IMG/VR virus record: IMGVR_UViG_3300024324_000009
Coordinates: 96,001-160,000 of that record
Source of the DNA: a virus
Strand: one strand, 5' to 3'
DNA: 64,000 bases
Shown here: positions 29,169-38,922 of the stretch, piece after piece
How the letters are laid out: each line of letters opens with the position of its first letter
How positions within the stretch are numbered: the stretch's first letter is position 1
The notes under the pieces: generated by a model
Database searches by the model: none
The model's input: the letters and a program-made list of their open reading frames with translations, nothing else
What the model was told of the DNA's origin: nothing
Made by a program: the position numbers and the translations under genes

Positions 29169-29751
29169 AAGCCCTGATCCTCTTTAGTCCTTTCTGAATA
29201 TTCTGACGAATAGCTTCTCTAGTAACGCCAAATATATTACCTATTTCTAATAAAGTTTTATCTTCAAAGTAATACATCTTAATTTGCTGACGCTGCTTAT
29301 CTGTCAACAGATCAGAAGAAATCAGACGGTTCATAATTGACTTCAAATTATCTGACTGTTCTTTTTCTGATACCAATACATAAGGATCATTAGAACTATT
29401 ATCATGTAGAGACTGTGCAAATGTACTGCCTTCGTCATCTGTAATGACACTATCTAAAGACAGGTTACAATTCTTCTTCTTATACTTTTGACTAATATAA
29501 GTCTTTATAGCCCAGATAGCACACTGGTTTCTGTATGAGTATTTACTCTTACTTCTACCTTCATGGCCTTTACGGTTAGCGTCCCATTTCCAATCCGCTT
29601 GCATGATAGCATGAGCAACGTCCGATACTGCATCGTCATTGTTCAGCAGTTCCATTCGTAAGCCTGAATAAAACTGCGGAGCAAATTTAGAAATAGTCTT
29701 TTTAGCAAGACCTAAGTACACACTGAGATTCTCGTATTTTTCCATAATCAT
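29161..29751 (-). CDS. phage sigma-70-family RNA polymerase sigma factor
   Basis: region-2-like (A.WKWD...SY...WAI), LSLD, region 4 TLLEIGNIFGVTREAIRQ. Confidence 0.88.
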   Translation of the reverse strand: MIMEKYENLSVYLGLAKKTISKFAPQFYSGLRMELLNNDDAVSDVAHAIMQADWKWDANRKGHEGRSKSKYSYRNQCAIWAIKTYISQKYKKKNCNLSLDSVITDDEGSTFAQSLHDNSSNDPYVLVSEKEQSDNLKSIMNRLISSDLLTDKQRQQIKMYYFEDKTLLEIGNIFGVTREAIRQNIQKGLKRIRAYV

Positions 29752-29794
29752 CCTCTTTCCTAAAAGTTAGTCGTCCAAAATCTAAAACTGTTAT

Positions 29795-30454
29795 TTACTT
29801 CTTTTTCTTCTTCTTATCTTCCGAAGGAGTCTGCGACTTCTTCAGAGCATCTTTAGTTGGCCTATCTGGGTCTCCCGGTTTGGCAGGTCGATAGTTTTTG
29901 CCTTCTCTTTCTTTCTTACGTCGAATGTTTTCCCACAAACCGGGACGGTCTGCCCCTTCTGTAGTATCGTCATCTGACGGATTGTACATTACAAAATCAT
30001 GAATGGTTTTCATGTAGTCTTCCGTTATAGCTATTTTACCCTGTAACCATGCTTCTGTCAAGTTCTCTTTTACATTTTTTTGACCTAAAGCATTAATTAT
30101 TTCTTGAGATTTAGATGCAATAGCATTTAATGAACCGATATTCATCTGAATAAAATCTTCTTTATATTCATTTTCGCTGGCTAAATTGGGGTTGTCATGT
30201 TCAAGTTGTACTTCTGTTTTTGTTATGGGTTGTCCGATAGTCCAATTATCTCCCGTGTTGCTTGCTTCGTATGTGACGACTTTGCCCATTTCATTAGGGA
30301 GGTATGAAACCCCTGTTACTGTGCCACGACTACCATAGTGTATACATTCAGGGTTTATATTCTTTACTCTGTCTCCTACGACAAAGGCTACTGTCTCTTC
30401 TTTCGTGCCTTGAATAGAGTCTTGCATACATGCGAACATCTTCTTATAATTCAT
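29795..30454 (-). CDS. multidomain hypothetical phage protein
   Basis: KOW/SH3-like N-part (VGDRVK), EAWLQGKI..EDY segment, basic PGLWENIRRK tail. Confidence 0.65.
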   Translation of the reverse strand: MNYKKMFACMQDSIQGTKEETVAFVVGDRVKNINPECIHYGSRGTVTGVSYLPNEMGKVVTYEASNTGDNWTIGQPITKTEVQLEHDNPNLASENEYKEDFIQMNIGSLNAIASKSQEIINALGQKNVKENLTEAWLQGKIAITEDYMKTIHDFVMYNPSDDDTTEGADRPGLWENIRRKKEREGKNYRPAKPGDPDRPTKDALKKSQTPSEDKKKKKK

Positions 30455-31145
30455 TAGTTTGCTCCTTGTAATATTCTTTTAATTTAGGATAAATAGATTT
30501 GATCAATTTCATAGAAGCAGAACTGTCCGAAGGATAGTGTACTCCTTGATATTGTCTAGCCATTCCGACCTGATCTGCAAGGTCATTAAATATTTTAGTA
30601 TGTTCTGGATACCTATCAGATAAAACAGCACTAGCCAGAGCAGCATAGCCGGTGTGTCCGCTAGGATATGCTGGGGTCTGATGTGTGCTAGTTACCATCA
30701 CAGGAATCTCTAGATCATAATATTTCATTAACTGTGTAGGTCTAGGTCTGTTATAGTAATGTTTTAAGTGGTCGATAATGTCGTATACTGAATTATAATA
30801 CAGCGACAAAAATTTACCTTCTGGAAACCTGATGCCTAGTCTGTCTAAAACTGGCTGATAAATAAACAATGGTTCTTTGTCAACTTTTTTAGTAAATTCT
30901 TTAAGTTTATCAGACTTGGACAATGCTGTTGTGTTAGAAACTACCTCTCTCAACTCGGCTTCAGTTTCTTTGCTAGAGTTTTTGTATGGTTCAGGAATAA
31001 TGGAAAATAAATCCAAGCCTTTTAATTCTGGGAAAGTTACATGACGATGTACAGACTGATTATAATCATAACCAGAAATGTAGCGAACATCATCAATGTT
31101 TTTCGCCTCGTTTAAATTTTTTCTAACAGCATTTATTAAATCCAT
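30444..31145 (-). CDS. PAP2-family phosphatase
   Basis: K..YNRPRP, PAYPSGH, R..QGVHYPSD. Confidence 0.9.
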   Translation of the reverse strand: MDLINAVRKNLNEAKNIDDVRYISGYDYNQSVHRHVTFPELKGLDLFSIIPEPYKNSSKETEAELREVVSNTTALSKSDKLKEFTKKVDKEPLFIYQPVLDRLGIRFPEGKFLSLYYNSVYDIIDHLKHYYNRPRPTQLMKYYDLEIPVMVTSTHQTPAYPSGHTGYAALASAVLSDRYPEHTKIFNDLADQVGMARQYQGVHYPSDSSASMKLIKSIYPKLKEYYKEQTNEL

Positions 31146-31171
31146 AGTTTACCAAACGGGTTTGAGGAAAA

Positions 31172-31666
31172 TCACCATGCTCTACAACTCCAGTATCGTG
31201 CTTTCCAGCGTGGGCCGGGACTGCTACAATTATGTCTTGCTCTGAACGATTTGCGTCTTGCAGGATCGCTTTTTTTGATCTTCATATTGGGGTCTCCGAA
31301 ATTGACCTTGACGACATTACCTTTGTCGTTTTTTACGTATACACTACGCTTCTTAGGCCCATCAGGAGTTAAGAAAGGTTTACCTAGCTGCACTTTTCTG
31401 CCTTGATATTCAGCAGCGTCAGTAAAATCATTTTCCTCCTCGTCCCAGTTTAAATTTTCTGGATCAAAAAAATCTTCAAAACAATCTGGCTTTATTAGGT
31501 TGTTGGTCACTCTCTCCAATAGAGAAAGACTATCTTCCCATGCTGCTAGACATACAGGAAGACGCTTATTTGGTTCTGGATTTTCTTTTTTCAATGTAGG
31601 GTCAGCCATGCATCTTTTGACAAATGCTTGTTTACTTTCTCCGGGTTTTATTTTTGGTGAAGGCAT
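31172..31666 (-). CDS. DUF6321-like phage protein
   Basis: VKVNFGDPNM...RRKSFRARHNC...ARYWSC..W. Confidence 0.75.
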   Translation of the reverse strand: MPSPKIKPGESKQAFVKRCMADPTLKKENPEPNKRLPVCLAAWEDSLSLLERVTNNLIKPDCFEDFFDPENLNWDEEENDFTDAAEYQGRKVQLGKPFLTPDGPKKRSVYVKNDKGNVVKVNFGDPNMKIKKSDPARRKSFRARHNCSSPGPRWKARYWSCRAW

Positions 31667-31700
31667 GGTTATTCCCTATTGTTTTATATTTTGGTCTTAT

Positions 31701-32762
31701 TTACGACATACACCTTAAAAGATTTTCAGCGGTATTTTTCCATGAAAACTTCTTGGCTGTCTCAACGCCTGCTGGGTTGGTTTTTATGCCTGTATTATAA
31801 ACCTCTTGCATATGGCTAATGAATTGGTCTTTTTGATTTTGACCGATTTTTCCCCAATTACTCTTACCAAAAAACCATTTTCCATCATATGCTGATTCTT
31901 TTTCAGTAACATCTATGAGTCTTGAATTTTTCTTAGTACAAAACTCTTCGTGTGCTGACCAATTAGTTGCTATCACTGGCTTGTCCATAGCCATATGTTC
32001 CAGCAATTCTAAATTCCATCCTTCTCCTCTAGATGGATACAGTCCACAGTCAGAATACGACATCAGTTCTGCTATCTTTTCATGTGTTGGAAATCTTGGG
32101 AATAGCCTAATTTTATTCTTGAGAGGCGATGACTCTACTAGATTAGTCCACTTGCTGACTTCCTCTTGATTCAGGAACGGGTTGGATGTTGCCATCCATA
32201 ATTCTACGTTGTCAGTTTCCTTAAATGCCTTACTAAAGCATTCCAGTATTACGTCATGTCCTTTTCTTACTTCCCATTTTCCTACTGTTAAAAATATATA
32301 GTTAGGCTTATCTATAGTTACTTCTTGAGGACTAAACACCATACTGTCTACTCCCATTGGTACGACAGTGGCACGTTTCTTAATGCCGTTTTCTTTTAGC
32401 ACTCCTTTGGCCCACTTAGAGGGAACGATAAGATGGTCAGGAAAACCAAGGTGATGCTTTTCTCTCTCGTCTAAGGTATCAACTTCGTAAAATGGCAATG
32501 CAAAATACTTACCTTTTCCCGGTCTATTAAGCAAATCAAATTGATGCCATATCTTTAATGTAGCTGCTTTATAGTCTACAGACACAGAATTATTAAGTGC
32601 TTCTTGCACATATTCAATATCTTTTGTGTTATCTAAATGAGGATTTCCTATCACAGATAGTGCAACATGTGTTTCTGGTAGCTGAGACAGACCTTTCAAA
32701 ATATTAAGACTAGCAACGCCGTATCCAGTACCACCTATGGGTGAATTTATATGTATGTTCAT
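31701..32762 (-). CDS. GT4 glycosyltransferase
   Basis: TGYG, GKWE.RKGHD, PSRGEGWNLELLE (EX7E). Confidence 0.9.
   Translation of the reverse strand: MNIHINSPIGGTGYGVASLNILKGLSQLPETHVALSVIGNPHLDNTKDIEYVQEALNNSVSVDYKAATLKIWHQFDLLNRPGKGKYFALPFYEVDTLDEREKHHLGFPDHLIVPSKWAKGVLKENGIKKRATVVPMGVDSMVFSPQEVTIDKPNYIFLTVGKWEVRKGHDVILECFSKAFKETDNVELWMATSNPFLNQEEVSKWTNLVESSPLKNKIRLFPRFPTHEKIAELMSYSDCGLYPSRGEGWNLELLEHMAMDKPVIATNWSAHEEFCTKKNSRLIDVTEKESAYDGKWFFGKSNWGKIGQNQKDQFISHMQEVYNTGIKTNPAGVETAKKFSWKNTAENLLRCMS
31709..31714 (-). promoter_or_regulatory. GGTGTA promoter element
   Basis: TTTTAAGGTGTATG about 43 nt upstream of the start at 31666; lies within the end of the GT4 gene. Confidence 0.45.
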
Positions 32763-33898
32763 TCGTATATCCTGTTATGAGTATTTTTAACCTTAATAAA
32801 AACTGTCTTCTTTCCAAAATCTTTAATGCAGTCAGCACCTATGTAAGTTCCGCAACTTCTAATACCTCCACAAATATCTTGCATTATTTCTTCAGTTGTT
32901 CCTTTGTAGGATATCTCTACAGTTTTACCTTCACTGGTTCTATAATCTGAAATACCTCCGTTGTGTTTGTCTTGAGCAGACTTGCTACTCATTCCATAGA
33001 AGATTAATGTCTTTTTTCTTGTCTCGGTTTCATATCCGGGGTCTTCAGAAACCCATTCTTCTTTTACGGTGCCTTCTTTGATTGTTTTCTGATAGTATTC
33101 TTCTTTCCATTTGCCTTCACAACAGTCTGTTCCTGCTAGCATACTGCCTAGCATAACAAAATCACTATTGCCTCCAAAGGCTTTGCATACATCAGCAGGG
33201 GTTTTGCAACCTCCGTCACTACATACGTGACCGCCTAGGCCATGTGCTGCATCTGCACACTCCATAACTGCTGATAGCTGTGGATAGCCAATACCTGTTT
33301 TTAATCTGGTTGTACAGACACTGCCTGAGCCTATGCCTATCTTTACTATATCAACTTTGCCGTGTAGTATTAATTCTTCTGTCATCTCTGGCGATACTAC
33401 ATTGCCAGCCATAAGGACTGATTTTGGATATAATTCTCTAATCTTTGCTAGATGCTCTACGAATCCTTCGCTGTATCCGTTGGCTACGTCTACACAAATA
33501 TTAGGATACTTATCTAACCCAATAGTATCTTTTATCGCATCGAATACATAGTTAAGTTTATCAAGGTCTTTATTTCCTGTTCCAAGAGAATAGAATACCA
33601 ACTCTGATGGAACGCTCATGCTTTCAGCCTTGAGATAAAAGTTGACATACTCTTCTTTATTGTAATGCTTATGTAGTGCGGTCATTGCACCATTTCTACT
33701 AAGGGTTCGTGCCATCTCCATTGAGCCTGTAGTATCCATGTTTGCTGCAATTAAAGGTATGCAGTTGATTTTTCTTTGAGAATGTCTAAACACAAAGCAT
33801 CTTTTCACATGGACGCTAGACCTACTAGTGAGACGAGACCTCTTAGGTTTAATTAGTACATCGTCAAAGTCTAATTTTAGTTCATTAATAATCTTCAT
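32759..33898 (-). CDS. guaC: GMP reductase
   Basis: KLDFDDVLIKPKRS, ANMD, DVANGY, GIGSGSVCTTR, FYGMSS, SEGK. Confidence 0.93.
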   Translation of the reverse strand: MKIINELKLDFDDVLIKPKRSRLTSRSSVHVKRCFVFRHSQRKINCIPLIAANMDTTGSMEMARTLSRNGAMTALHKHYNKEEYVNFYLKAESMSVPSELVFYSLGTGNKDLDKLNYVFDAIKDTIGLDKYPNICVDVANGYSEGFVEHLAKIRELYPKSVLMAGNVVSPEMTEELILHGKVDIVKIGIGSGSVCTTRLKTGIGYPQLSAVMECADAAHGLGGHVCSDGGCKTPADVCKAFGGNSDFVMLGSMLAGTDCCEGKWKEEYYQKTIKEGTVKEEWVSEDPGYETETRKKTLIFYGMSSKSAQDKHNGGISDYRTSEGKTVEISYKGTTEEIMQDICGGIRSCGTYIGADCIKDFGKKTVFIKVKNTHNRIYE

Positions 33899-34374
33899 TT
33901 CTGACTACTTTCTATAGTCACCTTTTCAATTCCTGCCATTTCCCAAGGATAGTTATTACCATAGTGTACATAGACTTCTGTACCTTCTGGGATTGCATTA
34001 ATTGCTTTTATTTCTGCATATAGCATATCCCAATGGACTCTGACAATAGCATTGTTAGTGTCTTGGTGGTTGTAAAACATTCCGTATCCTCCCTGCATAT
34101 ACATTTTCCATCCATGCTGCTTACACTCTTCGCAGGGACAAGTAGTATGTATCAGAGTAGAACTCAACAGCATAGGGTCTCCATGATACCTGACACGAAA
34201 TGCCATAGGGACAATAGGGAACCTTTCTATTAATTCGTTCGCTAGGATAGTTTCTTTAGCAAAAACTCCACGACCGTGTACTCTAGACCTTTTGACTTTT
34301 ACTCTTGAACCTTCATATTCAATGTCATCAAAAGACTTAAATTCACTATCTGTTAATGTTATAAGACTATCCAT
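33895..34374 (-). CDS. SET-domain protein (putative lysine methyltransferase)
   Basis: S.VHGRGVFA, YNH, E.YVHYG..Y. Confidence 0.85.
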   Translation of the reverse strand: MDSLITLTDSEFKSFDDIEYEGSRVKVKRSRVHGRGVFAKETILANELIERFPIVPMAFRVRYHGDPMLLSSTLIHTTCPCEECKQHGWKMYMQGGYGMFYNHQDTNNAIVRVHWDMLYAEIKAINAIPEGTEVYVHYGNNYPWEMAGIEKVTIESSQK

Positions 34375-34387
34375 AATTTATTCATTC

Positions 34388-34918
34388 CTATATTGTAAAA
34401 AAGTACCATCTATTATAACTGTTGACATTCTCTGCTAGATTCACATGTTCCAGATATCCATAAACATCATTCCAATCTGAGAAAATATGCTGGTGGGGTA
34501 TCGTTCCGAACAGCCAATCAGGTGCATGTTCCTTGCCTTGTACCATGTGTATGATAATAGGCTTCTTCTGTCTGTTGGCCCAGAAAATTTCTTCATACGT
34601 ACCACAAGGATGACCATTCAAATCCAAGTTGACAACCAAGAAATCACTTATATCAACCAATCTTAAATCCACTGATCTTATCGTTTTCATAAGATGAGCC
34701 ATCTCGTCATATCTTTTAGATTGTTTTAGCTTGGTTTTATGAGCATGTGTTTCTACGTCTTCCATTCCTACTTCTGTTGGTTTAGTCAACGGATTAAACA
34801 CTGTGACCTCAAGGTTTTGTAGAAACGGAGTTATTTCATTTCTCCATCCTATACCTCTGTCCAATACTCTGTCCATAGCACCAGCTAAATATACTCTTTG
34901 TCCTTTAAGTCTAGACAT
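34388..34918 (-). CDS. nucleoside 2-deoxyribosyltransferase-like protein
   Basis: VYLAGAM, WR, FNP, DL..V..SD, GTYEEI. Confidence 0.8.
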   Translation of the reverse strand: MSRLKGQRVYLAGAMDRVLDRGIGWRNEITPFLQNLEVTVFNPLTKPTEVGMEDVETHAHKTKLKQSKRYDEMAHLMKTIRSVDLRLVDISDFLVVNLDLNGHPCGTYEEIFWANRQKKPIIIHMVQGKEHAPDWLFGTIPHQHIFSDWNDVYGYLEHVNLAENVNSYNRWYFFTI

Positions 34919-34928
34919 TTTATTCCTT

Positions 34929-35093
34929 TCAATCTTCGTGCATTGCAAAGTACATATACATAGACTCGTTTTGCTTATCGTAGTCTTTTACCTCTAGATT
35001 TCTACATGCACCAAGTTCTCTTGCTGTCTCAATCGATAGGCTTATAAAATAAACAATCATTAAAAAACAAACAATTCCCATTGAAATAGTCAT
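34929..35093 (-). CDS. small membrane protein (54 aa)
   Basis: MTISMGIVCFLMIVYFISLSIE...; fills the gap after the macro gene. Confidence 0.5.
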   Translation of the reverse strand: MTISMGIVCFLMIVYFISLSIETARELGACRNLEVKDYDKQNESMYMYFAMHED

Positions 35094-35095
35094 AA

Positions 35096-35674
35096 TCAAT
35101 CCTTTCCAAGAAATACACTAACGCTAAATTCTGACCAACAATCATCAATCAAGTCCGCAATGAAATCCCAGTTGCCTCCTGCAAGACCGCTGCCAAACTT
35201 TGGAGCAAAAATCTTGAACTTGGTTTGGTCTTCATTGTACATCATCTTCTTAATCATCATTTTAACATCCATCATACAATATGTCAAGGCTCCATAATTA
35301 AGAGGACGCGAATTTGTTTCTGGGTGGTATATTCTATTTTGTGCTATCATATTAGCAAAGATTATTTTGTATTGATATTTTGGCTCAGTATAAACTGTGA
35401 CGTATTGTACTTGTCCCATCTTGGCAGAACGTCCAAGTAAATGAAAATTAGCTTTTACTTCGTAGTGTCTTTTAGCTACAGCACTAGCAAACCCTGCCCC
35501 GAACGCATTCACGTTGTTGCAGACATGCGGAATCATAATACTTGTACCATGCTCTTTACCTGCAACTGCATTTTGAGCAGCGTCAAATATATCAGCAGAC
35601 TTCTCCACAACAAACGAGTGTTGAGGAGTGTTTCTTCTGGTTGTTCGCTTTGTTATTTTGTTATTTTGTACCAT
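35096..35674 (-). CDS. macro-domain protein (TARG1/Poa1p-like)
   Basis: DIF, HVCN...FGAGFA, NMIAQ, PKFGSGLAGGNW. Confidence 0.85.
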   Translation of the reverse strand: MVQNNKITKRTTRRNTPQHSFVVEKSADIFDAAQNAVAGKEHGTSIMIPHVCNNVNAFGAGFASAVAKRHYEVKANFHLLGRSAKMGQVQYVTVYTEPKYQYKIIFANMIAQNRIYHPETNSRPLNYGALTYCMMDVKMMIKKMMYNEDQTKFKIFAPKFGSGLAGGNWDFIADLIDDCWSEFSVSVFLGKD

Positions 35675-35916
35675 TTGTCTACAGGACATTGTTGATCTGC
35701 CCATGCCAGTTTGTTCATAAAAATTTTCTTCTCACTCACATTGCATCCACACTGGAGGCAACTGCTGTCTTCCTTATTATACCACTCACATTCATTTTTG
35801 CAAATGGAAAATCTGTAATTTATTTGCTCCTGTGTACACTTAGGTAATCCTGCCCCTATGTGAAACCATAGAGACTTAAAAAAGTTCTTTAATTTAATAT
35901 GAAATGGTACGCTCAT
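35653..35916 (-). CDS. small Cys-rich protein (DUF6171-like)
   Basis: R..IC...C....C..CGC...K.....CP..KW. Confidence 0.7.
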   Translation of the reverse strand: MSVPFHIKLKNFFKSLWFHIGAGLPKCTQEQINYRFSICKNECEWYNKEDSSCLQCGCNVSEKKIFMNKLAWADQQCPVDKWYKITK

Positions 35917-36185
35917 TATGGAAACCTCTGTGGATTTACTTTTCTAATTGCTGCTTCTACTGAAAGTGGTGGTTCTTCCTTAACTAAAAGTATATTATTT
36001 TCTTCATCTCTATAATACAGGTCTTGAATCTGGCAGACAGAATCAGGCTTAAACCATTGTACCTGTCCAGTATTCAGAGAGACTGCCATCCTGCTACCGC
36101 TAGATTTAAAGTCTGCACTTATAATATATTTCTTCTTATCTATAACAAATAGTTCTCCAGCCTCTAGCTCTTCGATGTATTTCAT
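35916..36185 (-). CDS. hypothetical protein
   Basis: ATGA coupling, GGGAG RBS. Confidence 0.65.
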   Translation of the reverse strand: MKYIEELEAGELFVIDKKKYIISADFKSSGSRMAVSLNTGQVQWFKPDSVCQIQDLYYRDEENNILLVKEEPPLSVEAAIRKVNPQRFP

Positions 36186-36796
36186 TTGAAAAATGCTCCC
36201 GATACACTTGCGTAACGTATCCAATCATCATCTTGAATAACAACACCTTGTTTATTACCCATATATTTAATTGGACGATAATCAGTAAACTCATCCATCA
36301 TGCAGGCAAAGTTGTTCGCCAGCATAAGACTCCATACAATCTTACCATCGGCACAAGCCTTGTCAAGTCTTGAGAGATGTGTTTCAATATTATGATTTCC
36401 TTTAGGCTTTCTTAAATCTATACTACGATCAATGTTTTGAATGATATACAGCCCTGAGCCTTCTTTGAGATAGCAGTCAACGTCTGCTTTTTTAAGAGTG
36501 ATTCTGCCGGGAGATGAAACCCACTTTACTTCTATGCCGTGAGCGAATGACTGATCAAATACCCAGCCACTAGCGTAGTAGTCAGCACCGCCCGTGTTAG
36601 TCCCGGTTTTTAGATAGCGACCATCATTAGCACAACCGTTGCTAAAATGATGACTGAAGCCAAAGCCATTACAACGCTCTGCTTCCACCAGCAATTTGTC
36701 CCACCAATACGATTCAACTGCTGTCCCAAAGTATATATCCTTCTTGAAGGCATCCTTACTTCGGTTGTCAAATCTTTTATCTTTTTTGGTTTCCAT
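36182..36796 (-). CDS. hypothetical protein, possible PD-(D/E)xK nuclease fold
   Basis: G...E, GADY, IEVKW. Confidence 0.5.
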   Translation of the reverse strand: METKKDKRFDNRSKDAFKKDIYFGTAVESYWWDKLLVEAERCNGFGFSHHFSNGCANDGRYLKTGTNTGGADYYASGWVFDQSFAHGIEVKWVSSPGRITLKKADVDCYLKEGSGLYIIQNIDRSIDLRKPKGNHNIETHLSRLDKACADGKIVWSLMLANNFACMMDEFTDYRPIKYMGNKQGVVIQDDDWIRYASVSGAFFK

Positions 36797-36797
36797 T

Positions 36798-37001
36798 TTA
36801 ATTATATTCTTGTTTCCAATTTTCCCATTGCTCTTCTTGTTCTAAATCCACTTTACTTTGCTTAAATTGTCGCTGAAGTTTTTTTTGTGTCTTCTTAACA
36901 TCGTTGCCGCGAACTTCTGGTTTTACATGAGTCTTCTTGCTATTAATGTGCTCACGCCTAATATCCTTACGGTCCTCTAAATCTTCATTAAACATCTTCA
37001 C
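36798..37001 (-). CDS. small charged hypothetical protein
   Basis: directly downstream of a consensus promoter. Confidence 0.6.
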   Translation of the reverse strand: MKMFNEDLEDRKDIRREHINSKKTHVKPEVRGNDVKKTQKKLQRQFKQSKVDLEQEEQWENWKQEYN

Positions 37002-37027
37002 CCTTTCTTTATTAGTGAATACATACT

Positions 37028-37055
37028 ATTATATACGCCTCTTGCTTGTTGTCAA
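37028..37055 (-). promoter_or_regulatory. sigma70-type promoter TTGACA-N16-TATAAT
   Basis: perfect consensus hexamers. Confidence 0.85.
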
Positions 37056-37108
37056 GTCTTTTTTTTATAAGTAGTTTTTTTAAGTAGGTAAAATAAGAAT
37101 TTGAAAAC

Positions 37109-37152
37109 TTGACAAGTAGGCCTAAAAAGTTTATGATGTTACATCGGGTGTA
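37109..37152 (+). promoter_or_regulatory. plus-strand promoter TTGACA-N17-TATGAT plus GGTGTA element, antisense to the S8 peptidase
   Basis: read directly. Confidence 0.55.
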
Positions 37153-37178
37153 AATAATTGCTTACTGATCTCTAAGAG

Positions 37179-38096
37179 TTATTCAAAGACAGGTGAAGGA
37201 ATACCATTTCCTTGGTAATTAGGACTACGGTGTTTTATGTTAGGTAAGTCTTGGCAGTTTTTGCTAAGAAGTACTACCCAATCGTCAGAAGTTTTAGGCA
37301 AAGGTTTACTCATGCCCTTGAGATATGACAAAGTTAAAGCAGCAATACCAACTACATAAGGAGTAGCCATTGAAGTACCACTTAATCTAGCATAACCTTC
37401 GGGGACGCAAGAGATTATGTCTTCGCCCGGAGCAACAAAATCTAAAGTTTCTCCTGTGCAACTAAAATTAGAGACATTCAATTTTCTACCTACTGAACCA
37501 ACAGCCACCGTATACCTAGAACTAGCAGGATAATTAACTTTATTGTGATTACCACTATTACCAGCAGCACAGAATATTCCTATTCCATGATCATGAGCAT
37601 ATTTTAATGCTGATTCTAATCTAGGAGAATGATGAGGAGAACCTAATGACATAGTAATTAAATCTGCATCTAATTGTACTGCTGTTCTAACTCCATCAGC
37701 AACATGATTATTATTACCCATACCATTATCACCTAATACTTTTATTGGTATAATTTTAACTTTAGGTGCAACTCCTACTACTCCGTATTTATTGGCAACA
37801 GCACCAATAGTGCCTGCAACATGACTTCCGTGACCATTATGGTCAGACGGATACGTTCCGGGTTCTATGGCACAATATCCGGGTAAAGCTAGATTCTCAT
37901 GCAGATCGGGGTGTTCAAGATCACATCCAGTGTCTATAACTGCGACTCGTACACCACCTCCTTCAGTCACATTCCAACAAGATGGTATATCAAATTCATT
38001 TAATGCCCACGGAATCAACTGTGCAGAACCTAAATTAAGACCATAGATATCTTCTCTAATATATGGTAATAGACCACAATCATTTCTTCTTCTCAC
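37179..38096 (-). CDS. subtilisin-like (S8) serine peptidase
   Basis: VAVIDTG, HGSHVAG, AAGN, SGTSMATP. Confidence 0.95.
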   Translation of the reverse strand: MRRRNDCGLLPYIREDIYGLNLGSAQLIPWALNEFDIPSCWNVTEGGGVRVAVIDTGCDLEHPDLHENLALPGYCAIEPGTYPSDHNGHGSHVAGTIGAVANKYGVVGVAPKVKIIPIKVLGDNGMGNNNHVADGVRTAVQLDADLITMSLGSPHHSPRLESALKYAHDHGIGIFCAAGNSGNHNKVNYPASSRYTVAVGSVGRKLNVSNFSCTGETLDFVAPGEDIISCVPEGYARLSGTSMATPYVVGIAALTLSYLKGMSKPLPKTSDDWVVLLSKNCQDLPNIKHRSPNYQGNGIPSPVFE

Positions 38097-38922
38097 TTTT
38101 CACTCTCTCTTTCTGTATTTTTTGTATTGTTGCAATTTGTTCAGGTGTTAATTTATCTATAATCTCTATTTGTTCTTTTACTGCTTTGATCCAAGGAATA
38201 AATTTACTAATTCTAGTAAAGCAAGCATCGTCACCATAGTCTGAATCTCCCTTGCCATCTGTAGCCATTATAAAAGAATTTATACCAGCCAGCTTTTGGT
38301 CTATAAACATCCCACCACCACTGTCTCCGGGTGCTATTAAAAATTCTAGGCTAGTATGTGCATCATCTGATTTAACAAGCAGACAGTCTTTATACATTTC
38401 AGCAACAAGGTTAGAACCTGCTCTCCTCTTGTTGTCAAATGGTTTCCAGCCGGTTTTAAATGTACCGTGATGTCCATACCCTGCCATGCTGCAAACTTTA
38501 CTCATCTCATCTGATTCAGTATATAGTTCGGGATAAAAATCTAAGTTTATTGGCTTGCTTAATTTACCAACTGCTATATCAGCTATTCCTGTCTTATCGT
38601 ATTTCCAATCTGAATGTATAGCAATTATGCTGACGGGGACTACTTTATTATTGAAGATCACATTCTGTGACAAACTTCCTGCCACTACGTGGGCAGCGGT
38701 TATTATATATTTAGGAGAGATTAAAATACAAGAACCTCTAAAGGTACTATTAAGATCATTAGACATTATACCTTGAATAGGTAAAACACACTGGTGTTTC
38801 TTTCCATATTCTAAATATTTTGAATCAGGAACACTAGGGAGTCTTGTTCCTGCGATACTGTCAGTCGGGGTCGTTATCTGAACTGTTATAAACAGCAGCA
38901 GAATACCAATCAAAAGTCTCAT
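38080..38922 (-). CDS. trypsin-like (S1) serine peptidase with signal peptide
   Basis: TAAH, DIA, GDSGG; hydrophobic N-terminus. Confidence 0.92.
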   Translation of the reverse strand: MRLLIGILLLFITVQITTPTDSIAGTRLPSVPDSKYLEYGKKHQCVLPIQGIMSNDLNSTFRGSCILISPKYIITAAHVVAGSLSQNVIFNNKVVPVSIIAIHSDWKYDKTGIADIAVGKLSKPINLDFYPELYTESDEMSKVCSMAGYGHHGTFKTGWKPFDNKRRAGSNLVAEMYKDCLLVKSDDAHTSLEFLIAPGDSGGGMFIDQKLAGINSFIMATDGKGDSDYGDDACFTRISKFIPWIKAVKEQIEIIDKLTPEQIATIQKIQKERVKSEKKK

